A DNA stretch of 47,431 bases, filler included, from Bacteroidales bacterium (GTDB lineage: Bacteria > Bacteroidota > Bacteroidia > Bacteroidales > CAIWKO01), in NCBI GenBank assembly GCA_035389045.1. It is 13 parts of 13 records of this genome, joined end to end, with 100 filler letters (N's around TTAATTAATTAA, not from the genome) between each part and the next. Parts side by side here need not be neighbours in the genome. Positions count along the whole stretch, not along the records: positions 19,235 to 22,866 come from DAOORA010000127.1; positions 22,967 to 26,595 come from DAOORA010000128.1; positions 26,696 to 30,192 come from DAOORA010000129.1; 10 more parts are not named here. One strand, given 5' to 3'. Every line of letters starts with the position of its first letter. Position 1 is the first letter of the stretch. Shown here piece by piece: positions 19,951 through 29,856 of this stretch. A program made the translations under genes and the position numbers. A model generated the notes under the pieces. The model saw only the letters and a list, made by a program, of their open reading frames with translations, had not been told where the DNA came from and ran no database searches.

Positions 19951-22305
19951 TCACTGAATTAATGTCACCCCGCCGGTATATGTTTTATACCCGTCGATGC
20001 TGTTCCCTGCATAGATATGGTATCCGTAAACGCCGGTCACGGCCTTTTCGATACCGCCATTGTTATTCCTTGTTCCGTTCCATCCTTCGCATGAACTACC
20101 CAGCCATTTTTTAGTTTCGTATACCTTGATCCCATAGCGGTCGAAAATGATCATTTCAAACCGTTCTGCGTCAATATGGGTACCATAGGGAGTAAACACA
20201 TCATTTCTTCCATCCCCGTTAGGCGTAAAGGTATTGGGAATAAAAAGCGTACATTCATCATTAACAACGACTGTCCTGCCGGCAGTGCCTGAACAGCCGG
20301 ACTCATCGGTTACCAAAAGGGTCACCTGGTAAGTTCCCGCCTGTGTATAGTTGTGGCTGAAGGCAGATGCAGCAGATGAAGTGCCATCACCCAGGTCCCA
20401 GAACCAGCTTGTTATAATCCCAGGAGTATCATCCGTAAAATTTATTGTACTTTGTGCAACAGAGGTCACAGGCGGATCGGCAATAAAAGATGCGTCCGGG
20501 CCGGGATCGCTATCCACGCTGACATTGCCGGCACTGCTGCAGCCATTGCCTGATACCGTCACCGAATAATCACCTTCCCCAAGCCCAATAGCTGTGGCTG
20601 AAACTTGCACCGGGACTGTATTCCATAAATATGTCAGGATTCCGGCGCCGTTCGTGGTGGCCACAACCGTTGCCGTACCATCTTTTTGTCCGCAGTTTTC
20701 AGATGTACTGCTCATGGTCAGATCAATAGTGATTACCTGCACCGAAATTGTTGCACTGGCAAAGCAATTTCCTCCGTTGGTCCCGGTTACCGTATAGGTT
20801 GTATTTCCTGAGGGCGCCACGGTAACGATTTCGCCCTGCAGGTTTCCGGGCAGCCATGTATACGAATCACTGCCTGTGGCCGTGAGTACCGTGGGTTGCC
20901 CGCTGCACACCACATCAGGAGCAGCGCTGAGTCCGATAACCGGAATATGGTTCACGGTAACGGCTACCTCATCTGTTGCCACAGACGAACAATGATCATA
21001 TACAGTCACGACGTAAGTCGTTGTAATTGCAGGACTTATTGTAAGTGTATTCCCGTTTCCTGTTGCAGAATTCCAAATATAAGTATAAGGCGGGATTCCG
21101 CCTGTTGCGGCAGCCGTAATAGTTACAGGTTCTCCCGAACAAATACCCTGATCACCCCCGGCATTCACATAGAGTGCGGCTTTATCAATAATATAAAGGG
21201 TATCCGCTATAGTGGCACATCCGTTGGTAACATTTAAAATAATGGTTTCGGTACCTTCGGTGAGCATATCGGCCAAAGGATGAATAATCAACCCCACAGA
21301 ATCCTGACCGGCTGGTATAATAACCGAAGCAGGAATATTGGTATAATCGGTTCCATTCAGGGCAGTTCCGGTGATGGTAAAACTGATCGTAAGCGGCGAC
21401 GTCACCGGTGTCTGGGTGGTGAATGTCACCACAGCATCCGAACATCCCTCAATGGAATTATCACCTGATATCGTATCTGTATAATAGTGGTTCACCGTGA
21501 CTGAGTTGGAAGAAAAACTGTTGGCTTCCAGAAACACGCCGGAATCGTACAATCCGTTATATCCATCGGCAACGGCAATTTTCATGTGATAGGTCTGGCA
21601 GGGCACCACGCTGCACCGGGCCGTCAGTGGGGTTGTAAACCCACCGAAGGTGATGGTTGTCCCGCTGATCGCTGCATTATTGATATAATATCCCGAATAG
21701 CTCAGGGACGTGCATCCGCTGGAAGAAAAACCGCTCCCCGGGATGCCCGAATTAACACTGTTAACCGACACGGGAATGGATGTTCCCGGTATTAATGCAA
21801 TGTTGTTATTGGTATAGTTACCTCCTGCAGGATTCGGCCCGGAGATGAAAAAAGCAAAAACATCATTGTACTGAGAGCAGATATAATTCGGGTATTCTTC
21901 GGAGGCAAAAACATATTTGAATTTCACGCTGTCGGACACCGGCACAAAATCGAATTCGAGCATGGAGGCATCATAACTGTTGGTCCCGAGATTGATGCTG
22001 TTCAGTGTTGCATCTCCGGCAAGCCCCAGATTATTAGACATTAAAAAGGATGCCGGATTGGAAATGGCCGACGCATATCCCGTACATAGAACAATGCCGC
22101 TGCCAAGACCCAGGTTCGTGGCGTTTCCATTGGAAAAAGAACCACGGGAAGCAGCGCCTCCGGTATATACGATATTAGAAACGGTCACTCCGCTGCCGAT
22201 AAAATCCTGCATCAGCTGATTAGCTGTCAATGAGGCATTTACTGCAAACTGTGCCCTGACAAAAATTCCCGGGAGCAACAATAAAATCAATAAAAAGTTC
22301 TTCAT
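19951..22305 (-). CDS. T9SS type B protein: choice-of-anchor L-like N-terminal domain, Ig/SprB-like repeats and PKD
   Basis: Signal peptide; LEFDFVP...FKYVFASEEYP...YNDVFAFFISGP; WDLGDG; C-terminal FIPNTFTPNGDGRNDVF...GGVTLIQ. Confidence 0.88.
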   Translation of the reverse strand: MKNFLLILLLLPGIFVRAQFAVNASLTANQLMQDFIGSGVTVSNIVYTGGAASRGSFSNGNATNLGLGSGIVLCTGYASAISNPASFLMSNNLGLAGDATLNSINLGTNSYDASMLEFDFVPVSDSVKFKYVFASEEYPNYICSQYNDVFAFFISGPNPAGGNYTNNNIALIPGTSIPVSVNSVNSGIPGSGFSSSGCTSLSYSGYYINNAAISGTTITFGGFTTPLTARCSVVPCQTYHMKIAVADGYNGLYDSGVFLEANSFSSNSVTVNHYYTDTISGDNSIEGCSDAVVTFTTQTPVTSPLTISFTITGTALNGTDYTNIPASVIIPAGQDSVGLIIHPLADMLTEGTETIILNVTNGCATIADTLYIIDKAALYVNAGGDQGICSGEPVTITAAATGGIPPYTYIWNSATGNGNTLTISPAITTTYVVTVYDHCSSVATDEVAVTVNHIPVIGLSAAPDVVCSGQPTVLTATGSDSYTWLPGNLQGEIVTVAPSGNTTYTVTGTNGGNCFASATISVQVITIDLTMSSTSENCGQKDGTATVVATTNGAGILTYLWNTVPVQVSATAIGLGEGDYSVTVSGNGCSSAGNVSVDSDPGPDASFIADPPVTSVAQSTINFTDDTPGIITSWFWDLGDGTSSAASAFSHNYTQAGTYQVTLLVTDESGCSGTAGRTVVVNDECTLFIPNTFTPNGDGRNDVFTPYGTHIDAERFEMIIFDRYGIKVYETKKWLGSSCEGWNGTRNNNGGIEKAVTGVYGYHIYAGNSIDGYKTYTGGVTLIQ

Positions 22306-22437
22306 CAGTAATGGAAAGAGAACCGCAAAGTTACTGATAATAAAGCAATAATCATGAAAATTTCAAAATGTTTATGGTGCTCCCTGCAATTTGTCACAAA
22401 ACTCAAAACATAATGAAATAATCTTAGTTATTACCCA

Positions 22438-22866
22438 GTACGCGCGCGTTCTCAACGCGTGCCTGTGCGTATAATTCAAAATTTATTATTTTACTGTTTT
22501 CCATTCCAAAGTTGAGCCCACTCCAAAAAGTTTGATTTTTGAAAATCAGCTTTGCCCCAGTCCTAAAGGGAGGCTGATTTTCTGCGACTTCCCCGTTCGC
22601 AACGCGTGCCTGTGCGTATAATTCAAATTTTATTATTTTACTGTTTTCCATTCCAACGTTAGCATTTCAATATCAATTACTGATGTTAATCCCCGTACGC
22701 GCGCGTTCGCAACGCGTGCCTGTGCGTATAATTCAAATTTTATTATTTTACTGTTTTCCATTCCAACGTTAGCATTTCAATATCAATTACTGATGTTAAT
22801 CCGGCATAATTTCCCCGTACGCGCGCGTTCGCAACGCGTGCCTGTGCGTATAATTCAAATTTTATT
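22438..22866 (+). repeat. Tandem array of at least 4 REP-like units (GTACGCGCGCGTTCGCAACGCGTGCC plus AT-rich tail), cut by the contig end
   Basis: Units begin at 22438, 22595 (5'-truncated), 22695 and 22817 with near-identical tails. Confidence 0.9.
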
Positions 22867-22966
22867 NNNNNNNNNNNNNNNNNNNNNNNNNNNNNNNNNN
22901 NNNNNNNNNNTTAATTAATTAANNNNNNNNNNNNNNNNNNNNNNNNNNNNNNNNNNNNNNNNNNNN

Positions 22967-23111
22967 AGCATTCCTTACATAGCATCAGGCCATCAGCCCA
23001 ATCACTTTCAGGTATACGGCGCGGGTAAACATCCGGGAGCCACTCCCCGCACTGCTCGCAGCAGCGTTCGTTCGGTTCATCCACCGGGCCGGTTGATGTC
23101 CATTTACTCAT
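22967..23111 (-). CDS. Small zinc-ribbon phage protein, truncated
   Basis: MSKWTSTGPVDEPNERCCEQC...CKEC. Confidence 0.5.
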
Positions 23112-23313
23112 TTTCAGCCTCCTTGTCAAGTGTTAATTTGTACAGGTCTGCCAGCCGCTCCATCTCGGCGGCGGCCATTTCACGGATGATCTCCATCGCT
23201 GCGGCGACCCGGATCATCCTGCAATATCTTAGCACGTCGCTGCTATATAACGCTCGAGCAGTTAGCACTTGCATTTTTATCAAAATTGCGTTTAGATTTC
23301 TTCGCTTTTTCAT
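23104..23313 (-). CDS. Small phage hypothetical protein
   Basis: MKKRRNLNAILIK... preceded by A-rich leader TTTAAAAACTAAAGCC-ATG. Confidence 0.55.
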   Translation of the reverse strand: MKKRRNLNAILIKMQVLTARALYSSDVLRYCRMIRVAAAMEIIREMAAAEMERLADLYKLTLDKEAENE

Positions 23314-23525
23314 GGCTTTAGTTTTTAAATTAGCGGGCACCACCCCGGGAGGGGTCAGGGGCCTCAACCAACCACGATCTGCCCGGTGCCCGCAATGCGT
23401 TATTTTTTGTGTCTTTCATCGTGGTTAGTTTTAAATTATGAAGTAAAGGTAATACTATTTTTCTTAAATTGTTCTTAGAATCTGTCTAAATTACGTTATT
23501 TTCTGTAATATAGAATCATTCTTAA

Positions 23526-23870
23526 TTACCACTCAGTAACGACTTTCACCGGCCATCCCCAGGCAGTAAGGTATTTCTCCACGTAATCGCACAACGTATC
23601 ACACTCATCCGGCGCGGCCTCCTCTACTGTTATGAGGTATCCATCGGCCTCCTTATCGACAGTAGCGTATAAGCCACCACCCCAGTTAACTGGTTCCGAC
23701 TTATCTATTTTGTACCTTTTAAGCCGGGAATTATCTATCAACGTACCTTCAATTGTCGGGCGGTAAAGTGCATCCAGCAAACTATTCGCCGCTGTGGTCA
23801 GAGTCAGAATGTCGTCTTCTGACTTTTTGAAACCTAATTCTACGAACTGATCAAACCTTTCTTTTTTCAT
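23526..23870 (-). CDS. Phage hypothetical protein
   Basis: 114-aa ORF, ATGA-coupled to the upstream VRR-NUC gene. Confidence 0.65.
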   Translation of the reverse strand: MKKERFDQFVELGFKKSEDDILTLTTAANSLLDALYRPTIEGTLIDNSRLKRYKIDKSEPVNWGGGLYATVDKEADGYLITVEEAAPDECDTLCDYVEKYLTAWGWPVKVVTEW

Positions 23871-24265
23871 ATCAAATAATCATTTACTGTTTTTTGGAAC
23901 TCATCGAACGACCGGCATACCCGGTACTGATAATTTTCGATGTTTGCTGCTATCATAAATTCTACCTGTGATTCTGTTTGTTTATTATTATTAACCTTCA
24001 ATTCGATCCATAACCCATGCCATATCGTTGTATATCTTTCCAGCTTTTCTATTTTTGCCTTCATCACAAACAGGTCTGGCGTTCCAGCCAACACCCCAAT
24101 CTTTTTATTTCGCGCGCCGTCTGGTGAATAACTTTTCCCGTTCGCCTTCATCACAACGCTTTTACGGTTGCCCTCATTTTTCGGATGCAGTATTACCACG
24201 TTCGGGTACTGGTAACGAAACCACTTTACGCAAGCGGCCTGTAAATCATCTTCAAGGTGTTTCAT
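23867..24265 (-). CDS. VRR-NUC domain nuclease
   Basis: MKHLEDDLQAACVKWF...HPKNEG...GVLAGTPDL...WIELK...SQVEF, a PD-(D/E)xK pattern. Confidence 0.85.
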   Translation of the reverse strand: MKHLEDDLQAACVKWFRYQYPNVVILHPKNEGNRKSVVMKANGKSYSPDGARNKKIGVLAGTPDLFVMKAKIEKLERYTTIWHGLWIELKVNNNKQTESQVEFMIAANIENYQYRVCRSFDEFQKTVNDYLI

Positions 24266-24477
24266 TTCGTATCTGCTTTTGATATTTTCATGTTTTTTTT
24301 TGTTTATCCCCGCGCCATTAAAACGGCGCGTAACAGTCGCTAAAATCAATCCTGCGGACTGATTTTAGCTTTGTGTTNNNNNNNNNNNNNNNNNNNNNNN
24401 NNNNNNNNNNNNNNNNNNNNNNNNNNNNNNNNNNNNNNNNNNNNNNNNNNNNNNNNNNNNNNNNNNNNNNNNNNNNN

Positions 24478-24734
24478 ACCAAATCGTCAGGGTGCGAATA
24501 AACTTCTTTTCTGTTTACTGCCAAAAAACTTGGTGTAAGCGGTTTATTAAAACTCATCAGCGAAAGCCACACCCTGCCGAATACCAGCACTTGTAAGCGT
24601 TCTTTAAATGATAACTTCCAACAACTAACTACTTCCCCTGTTGGGCTATCAATTCTAAGTGCAGGTAATGGTTGGTATTCGGGTTGGTCTTTTGCGAATA
24701 CAATGTTTTGGTGTTTAAATTCTACTGGTTTCAT
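24478..24734 (-). CDS. Phage hypothetical protein, interrupted by the N gap
   Basis: MKPVEFKHQNIVFAKDQPEYQPLPA...VSCWKLSFKERL. Confidence 0.65.
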
Positions 24735-24842
24735 AAAAATTGTTTTTAAATTATTGTTTAAAATAACGTTAGTGGTCATTCATCGCGCCATAATACCGGC
24801 TTACCGCTACCCGCTTCCAGGCGTCCGATAGGCTGATAACTT

Positions 24843-25424
24843 TCATTCGTCTTGGTCATACTCTTCCCTTTTCCTGTCCATCTTTATTTGCAGCAAATTG
24901 CGCTTAAATTCATGGTCCTTGTCAGCAAACATGCCTTCTGATGCCATATTATTATAATACTCTTTAGTAGCTGAATGCTTCGATAATTCAAGGTTGAACG
25001 CGGTATCTAAACGCTCATTTGCATACTTCCAAAATTCCGAAATAAGTTCCTGATAATCCTTATGGTAGAATTTATGTTTCTTCATCCTGTCTAAAAACAG
25101 TTTGAAGTCAGCCATAGTTAACCACCCCACCTGTCCGATCTCGTCAAGTATGTCGTTTTGCTGGGCCTGATTCAATTCAATACCCAATATTTCAGCAATG
25201 TAAAGCATATTAGAAGCTACAAAAGCATCAGCCAGTTCCCGGCTTTCCATTCTTAAACTGGTAACGGAAGCCAGTTCTGAATGTATTGCAAGTGCATCCT
25301 CCACCGTTTTAACCGCCTGCAGCAGCTGCCTCTCGCTCACGCTTACGCTGCTCAAGGATGTCCTGCATTTGGTTTTTTGCAACTGCACCGCTCTTTGTTC
25401 TGATCTCTGCAATGATTTTTCCAT
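24843..25424 (-). CDS. Phage hypothetical protein at the helicase-loader position after the initiator
   Basis: 193-aa ORF overlapping the initiator 3' end by 116 nt; function is inferred from position only. Confidence 0.6.
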   Translation of the reverse strand: MEKSLQRSEQRAVQLQKTKCRTSLSSVSVSERQLLQAVKTVEDALAIHSELASVTSLRMESRELADAFVASNMLYIAEILGIELNQAQQNDILDEIGQVGWLTMADFKLFLDRMKKHKFYHKDYQELISEFWKYANERLDTAFNLELSKHSATKEYYNNMASEGMFADKDHEFKRNLLQIKMDRKREEYDQDE

Positions 25425-26055
25425 AGTTGTTATATATCATGTTAATGTCCAACTTTTCTAAATAAAATTTTGGTAAACTTTTAAAAACTGCCTGAAATCC
25501 ATTAAATAAACTCTCATCAGTTACCGGCAAACTCTTTTCAATCATTGAATTTTTAATATACTTGAGTATTTCATTAACACTTTTGCCTTCCCTGGATTCG
25601 AAAGGAGGTTTTAATCCAACCTTTGATTCGTAATATTCAAAATAAAAATCGACCGCTTTTTTATATACATTTTTAATTACAATTTCATTTTCATTTTCAT
25701 TTTCAGATAGGTTAACCTTTCGGTTTTGTTTAGGTTTACCTTTAGGTTTTGATTTACTCTTAGGCCTACCTCCAAGTTTACCGTTATTTACGCGGCTTTC
25801 AACAAAATTTCTCCTTTTTCCGATTTCAATTTCCAATCTTTCATTATACCAAAATCCATTTTCATCTATCCTAAACTTATTTTTTAGGTTAACCGAAATC
25901 GATCCTACTATAAACCTAATGGTTTCTTCTGTCATTCTTCCCTGCTGATGCATCAAACAAAGGATTGTAATATATTTACCCCTGTCCTCCATATTTAAAG
26001 TGGCAACGCCAAGGTAAAAGTCCTGACTATAAAATAAAAATGCCGGGTCTTTCAT
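25309..26055 (-). CDS. Phage replication initiator-like protein (YdaU/DUF1376-like N-terminus)
   Basis: MKDPAFLFYSQDF...RGKYITILCLMHQ, NGKLGGRPK, then a low-complexity PK/ENENENE linker. Confidence 0.72.
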   Translation of the reverse strand: MKDPAFLFYSQDFYLGVATLNMEDRGKYITILCLMHQQGRMTEETIRFIVGSISVNLKNKFRIDENGFWYNERLEIEIGKRRNFVESRVNNGKLGGRPKSKSKPKGKPKQNRKVNLSENENENEIVIKNVYKKAVDFYFEYYESKVGLKPPFESREGKSVNEILKYIKNSMIEKSLPVTDESLFNGFQAVFKSLPKFYLEKLDINMIYNNYGKIIAEIRTKSGAVAKNQMQDILEQRKREREAAAAGG

Positions 26056-26438
26056 AATTCTATACCTTCAGATTCTGTAAAGAAAACTTGTGATCTATAT
26101 GCTGAGGCGTGTTCTGGAGATATATGTATAGCTACCCTTAATGCTATCAAATAATCTTGTAAGTTACCAATATACTTTGTTTGTTTAACATATTTTGCTA
26201 TCTCTTTATATAATAATTCAGTCTGGGTGTGTACACCAATATGACATTTATCACATAAAGTGATGTAAAATTCATCAGGATAATCCCACGCTTTTTTACC
26301 TTGAAGATAAAATAAATGATGTACGTGTAATTGGTCATCAATAGAACCACAATCCTGGCATCTAAATTGGTCCCGCTCCATTATATTCAATCTCTTTTTC
26401 TGCCATTTCGGGCTTTTCAATTGTTCAGCGTATGTCAT
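26052..26438 (-). CDS. HNH endonuclease
   Basis: MTYAEQLKSPKWQKKR...RDQFRCQDCG...LHVHH...LCDKCH; ATG 26438 is the likely start. Confidence 0.85.
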   Translation of the reverse strand: MTYAEQLKSPKWQKKRLNIMERDQFRCQDCGSIDDQLHVHHLFYLQGKKAWDYPDEFYITLCDKCHIGVHTQTELLYKEIAKYVKQTKYIGNLQDYLIALRVAIHISPEHASAYRSQVFFTESEGIEL

Positions 26439-26695
26439 ATAAGAAGCCCCGCCAGCATCGGAGTGACAAGTTCCAGGATCAGGCAAAGGCATAGACTTCG
26501 CTGAACCGCTTTCAACTGGCAGGGACTTATTAAAATGTTCTTTTTGTGTGTTACTATGCATGATGAACGTGTCAAGTTATCGGCAACAAATATACNNNNN
26601 NNNNNNNNNNNNNNNNNNNNNNNNNNNNNNNNNNNNNNNTTAATTAATTAANNNNNNNNNNNNNNNNNNNNNNNNNNNNNNNNNNNNNNNNNNNN

Positions 26696-28449
26696 CCTTT
26701 ACATGGACCAACTCCAATACGGCTATCGGCCTTGCCGCCAGCGGTTCCGGCAATATTGCATCGTTTACAGCCACCAATATCGGTACGGCGCCGATTTCAG
26801 CTACTATAACCGTCACCACGACGGTGAACGGCTGTGCAGGGACGCCCTCCCCTTATACCATAACAGTGAATCCTTTACCTACCGCAGAAGCAGGTGCCAA
26901 CGCAACATATACCGGCACGCCGGTGCAGATTGGCGACCCTTCCAACGGCCCCGGAACATTCAGCTGGCTACCTGTTGCCGGCCTGAGTAATCCATCAATT
27001 GCTGCGCCACTGGCTTCTCCAACCGTTTCTACAACATACACATTAACTGTGATGAACAATGGCTGCACAGCGACTGATGCTGTCACTATAACTACCGGAA
27101 ACACAGGGCATAACATCACAGGAAAAACGCGCTATGCAGCCAAGGCCAATGCCGGATATCCTGCCCCGAACCCCGCAACATATAATTCTGTAATCTATAA
27201 TATTGACCAGGTAATCGTGATTCTGAAAACTTCCTTAGGCGCTGAAATTGCCAGAGATACAAGTGATGCTCTCGGAAATTATAATATCACCAATATTCCT
27301 GATGGCAATTACATATTGTCCTACGACAAATATACTACAGATAGTATGCAATGGTGCAATGATGTTAACGCCATTGACCTTGCCTTAATAAAGTATTATA
27401 TCGGCAGTGATACGGTAAATGATCCTTCCAGAAATTTCTATCCAAAATACAGAAAAGCTGCCAACGTAGATAATAATACGGCAATCAATGCTATTGATAT
27501 TTCCAGAATGAAAGCAAAGATTGGCTCCCCGTATAATGTGAGCAAAAACTTCCCTAAAGGAAACTGGGTTGCTCTGGATACTTCTGTCACCATTGCCGGC
27601 GCCGACCTCAACCTCACACTGAAAACAATAAGTTACGGGGACTATAATGCTTCCAGCACCAAATACCGTGACTCACTGGTGAACTGGAACATGACCAAAT
27701 CACTTCCGGAAAATATTATCACCGTTTCGGATGAATACATTACCACCAGCAATCACTCCTACTTTGAAGTTCCTTTGTATATCAATGCTGATTTGGATGA
27801 CTTTTCTGCATTGGGACTGGAATTAAAATATCCGGATAATGATTACCAACTGGTACATGTTTTTATGCCCAATTCCGGAAATAAAAACACCTCTGTGAAG
27901 ATCAATCCTTCGCTGGAGGAAATTCTTGCCAACAATGATGACTTGCTGATAACAGACGAAGACGGAGTTATAAGGGTGGTGTTTGCAACGTCGGATCATT
28001 TTGATGTGGCTGCCCATGATGAGATGATAAGATTCGGGTTCCGTTCGCTTAAAAACCATACTCCCGGCGAACTTGATTTCAGTCTCTCCGGTACCGGTGT
28101 GATCGGCGATCAGTATGGCAGGGAAAAGGACAACATGTATCTTTTAATGCCTAAATTTTTTATTCAGGGAAATAACACTCATGCGGGATTTGAACTCTCC
28201 GGATACCCCAATCCGTTTTCAGATAGAGTAACCATTTACTACAACATTCCGGAAGAAGGAAATGTTAGTATTAATGTGTATAATTCACTTGGCGAAACTG
28301 TTTTGATACTGAAAAACGAAACTCAGCAAAGCGGAAGACATCTTGCAGAATTTTCAGGGAAATATCTTTCTTCAGGAATCTATACTATAAAACTTGAATT
28401 TACAGGACAGCACAACTCGGGAAGCAATGTGCTGAAAATGATCAGGTAA
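26696..28449 (+). CDS. T9SS type A protein with PKD-like, dockerin-like and cohesin-like segments, 5'-truncated
   Basis: DVNAIDLALI and ANVDNNTAINAIDISRM paired repeats; FEVPLYI...LGLELKY; C-terminal YPNPF...LSSGIYTIKL. Confidence 0.8.
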
Positions 28450-28548
28450 AAATATGTTTTGAATAATTGAAATCACTTTCGTCTAAGAATTCAAGCAAAC
28501 AAGATTTATCATTTTGCAGTGAACTGATAAAAACTTTTTTATCATATA

Positions 28549-28707
28549 GAAACTGTTTTGATTTTATGTTACATAAGATTTATGATGGATTTTTTAGCGA
28601 AACGAGGCAGATTTTGCAGACATAGTTTATCCTATGTCGAAAAATCTAACGAAGTTGCAGCAAAAAAGACGCATAAAGATATGAAAAGATAAAATCAAAA
28701 CAATTTC
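28549..28707. mobile_element. Complete 159-bp MITE with 22-bp TIR and ATA on both sides
   Basis: GAAACTGTTTTGATTTTATGTT ... AAGATAAAATCAAAACAATTTC; partial copies at contig ends 15088-15114, 30293-30360 and 33524-33571. Confidence 0.88.
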
Positions 28708-28728
28708 ATAATATCTGCCCCGGGAAAT

Positions 28729-29214
28729 ATGAATGAATGGAAATTACCTCCAAAGGAAAAAATCTACGAAGCATTCTGTGTTCTTGCAGACAAAAGATAC
28801 ACGATAGAATCGGCCGGAAAAGCATATATTACCTCATCCGGAAGAAACAAACAATATACTCTGGAATGGACGGAAGAGCACACGCCTTCGGCAATTGTGA
28901 TAAAAATCTCATCTAATGACAATGCCTCCTATTGGCAGGGTTATACCGGATATCCAATAATTGCCGTTTTGATGATCATTGACAAACTGCACTTTGATAA
29001 AAATATTCTAAAGTATTTAAAAAACATCCCCTGGAAAGTCCTGAATAAAACGTATAACAATAACTACACCAGGGCGGCAGAAAAAATACTTACTGATATA
29101 GATAATGAAGCCGTGGCTGTGAAGATCAGATCGGAAGTGGACAATGTTTTCAGTCAGTTATCCGGCTTGTGTCTGGTCAAACCGGATAAATTTATAAAAC
29201 CTCCAAAAGATTGA
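28729..29214 (+). CDS. Hypothetical protein
   Basis: 161-aa ORF (WKLPPKEKIYEA...SNDNASYWQGYTGYPIIAVLM); function not recognised. Confidence 0.7.
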   Translation: MNEWKLPPKEKIYEAFCVLADKRYTIESAGKAYITSSGRNKQYTLEWTEEHTPSAIVIKISSNDNASYWQGYTGYPIIAVLMIIDKLHFDKNILKYLKNIPWKVLNKTYNNNYTRAAEKILTDIDNEAVAVKIRSEVDNVFSQLSGLCLVKPDKFIKPPKD

Positions 29215-29598
29215 ACTCATAATGCGCCTGATTTAAAAAATCAGAACTACTGATTCAAGTATATGACATTTAATGGGTCACCGTATTCTCCAATGGCCCC
29301 GGAAGGATTGATTTCATCAAGACATTAAAAGAATCATTCATAACAAAAAAATTTTGTGTCTGTAAAAAGCCTTTTTTCATTAGTTCACATCTTTCAGATG
29401 TAATCCATTATATTTCTGATCGTAACCCTTATGAAAACCTGATAATATGTGATCTAAATCCGAAAATCATCCGTTATAAAAGACGTTGTATAATATATCA
29501 GAACTGTGTTTTAAATGCTAACTATGGCATCAATTCGACAGCACCTCAAAAAAATTTGCCAAAAACCGACAAAAAGTTTTTTGTTTTAGAAAATCTCT

Positions 29599-29606
29599 TA
29601 TCTTTG
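29599..29606 (+). promoter_or_regulatory. Bacteroidota -7 promoter element upstream of tRNA-Val
   Basis: TATCTTTG matches TANNTTTG. The same box lies upstream of genes at 30460, 35321 and 46045 (+) and 22326, 33170, 37601, 39461 and 44992 (-). Confidence 0.65.
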
Positions 29607-29730
29607 CACTCCCGATTTTGGGAAGTGCAATGGGCACTCTTGCCTGTTTGTTTTGTCAAGCAAGGCTGTTGGTGTGGTTGATTTTTTTAATGATTCATTG
29701 GCCCAAAAGATTGCGGGTTTAAAAAGATTG

Positions 29731-29805
29731 GGGAGCATAGCTCAGCTGGTTCAGAGCACCTGCCTTACAAGCAGGGGGTCATAGGTTCGAATCCTATTGT
29801 TCCCA
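29731..29805 (+). tRNA. tRNA-Val (anticodon TAC), CCA not encoded
   Basis: Acceptor GGGAGCA/TGTTCCC, D arm GCTC/GAGC, anticodon arm CCTGC-CTTACAA-GCAGG, T arm ATAGG-TTCGAAT-CCTAT. Confidence 0.96.
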
Positions 29806-29856
29806 CCCATAAAACAGAGGTCGCAGAAATTATTTTCCGGGACCTTTTTCATTAAA

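Larger units (their letters stand above)
22967..26595 (-). mobile_element. Phage/prophage fragment (replication and early genes)
   Basis: Whole contig of co-oriented short ORFs with ATGA overlaps: HNH nuclease, replication initiator-like protein, VRR-NUC and small hypotheticals. Confidence 0.8.

Noticed and set aside
19235..20106. Diversity-generating retroelement TR/VR pair
   Set aside because: On the coding strand only 3 of 8 mismatches are A in the copy and 3 of 8 are A in the gene, so there is no directional adenine bias. No reverse transcriptase is present in the window.
22438..22866. CRISPR array
   Set aside because: Units are about 60-120 bp, intervening sequence is shared rather than unique, and no cas genes are present.
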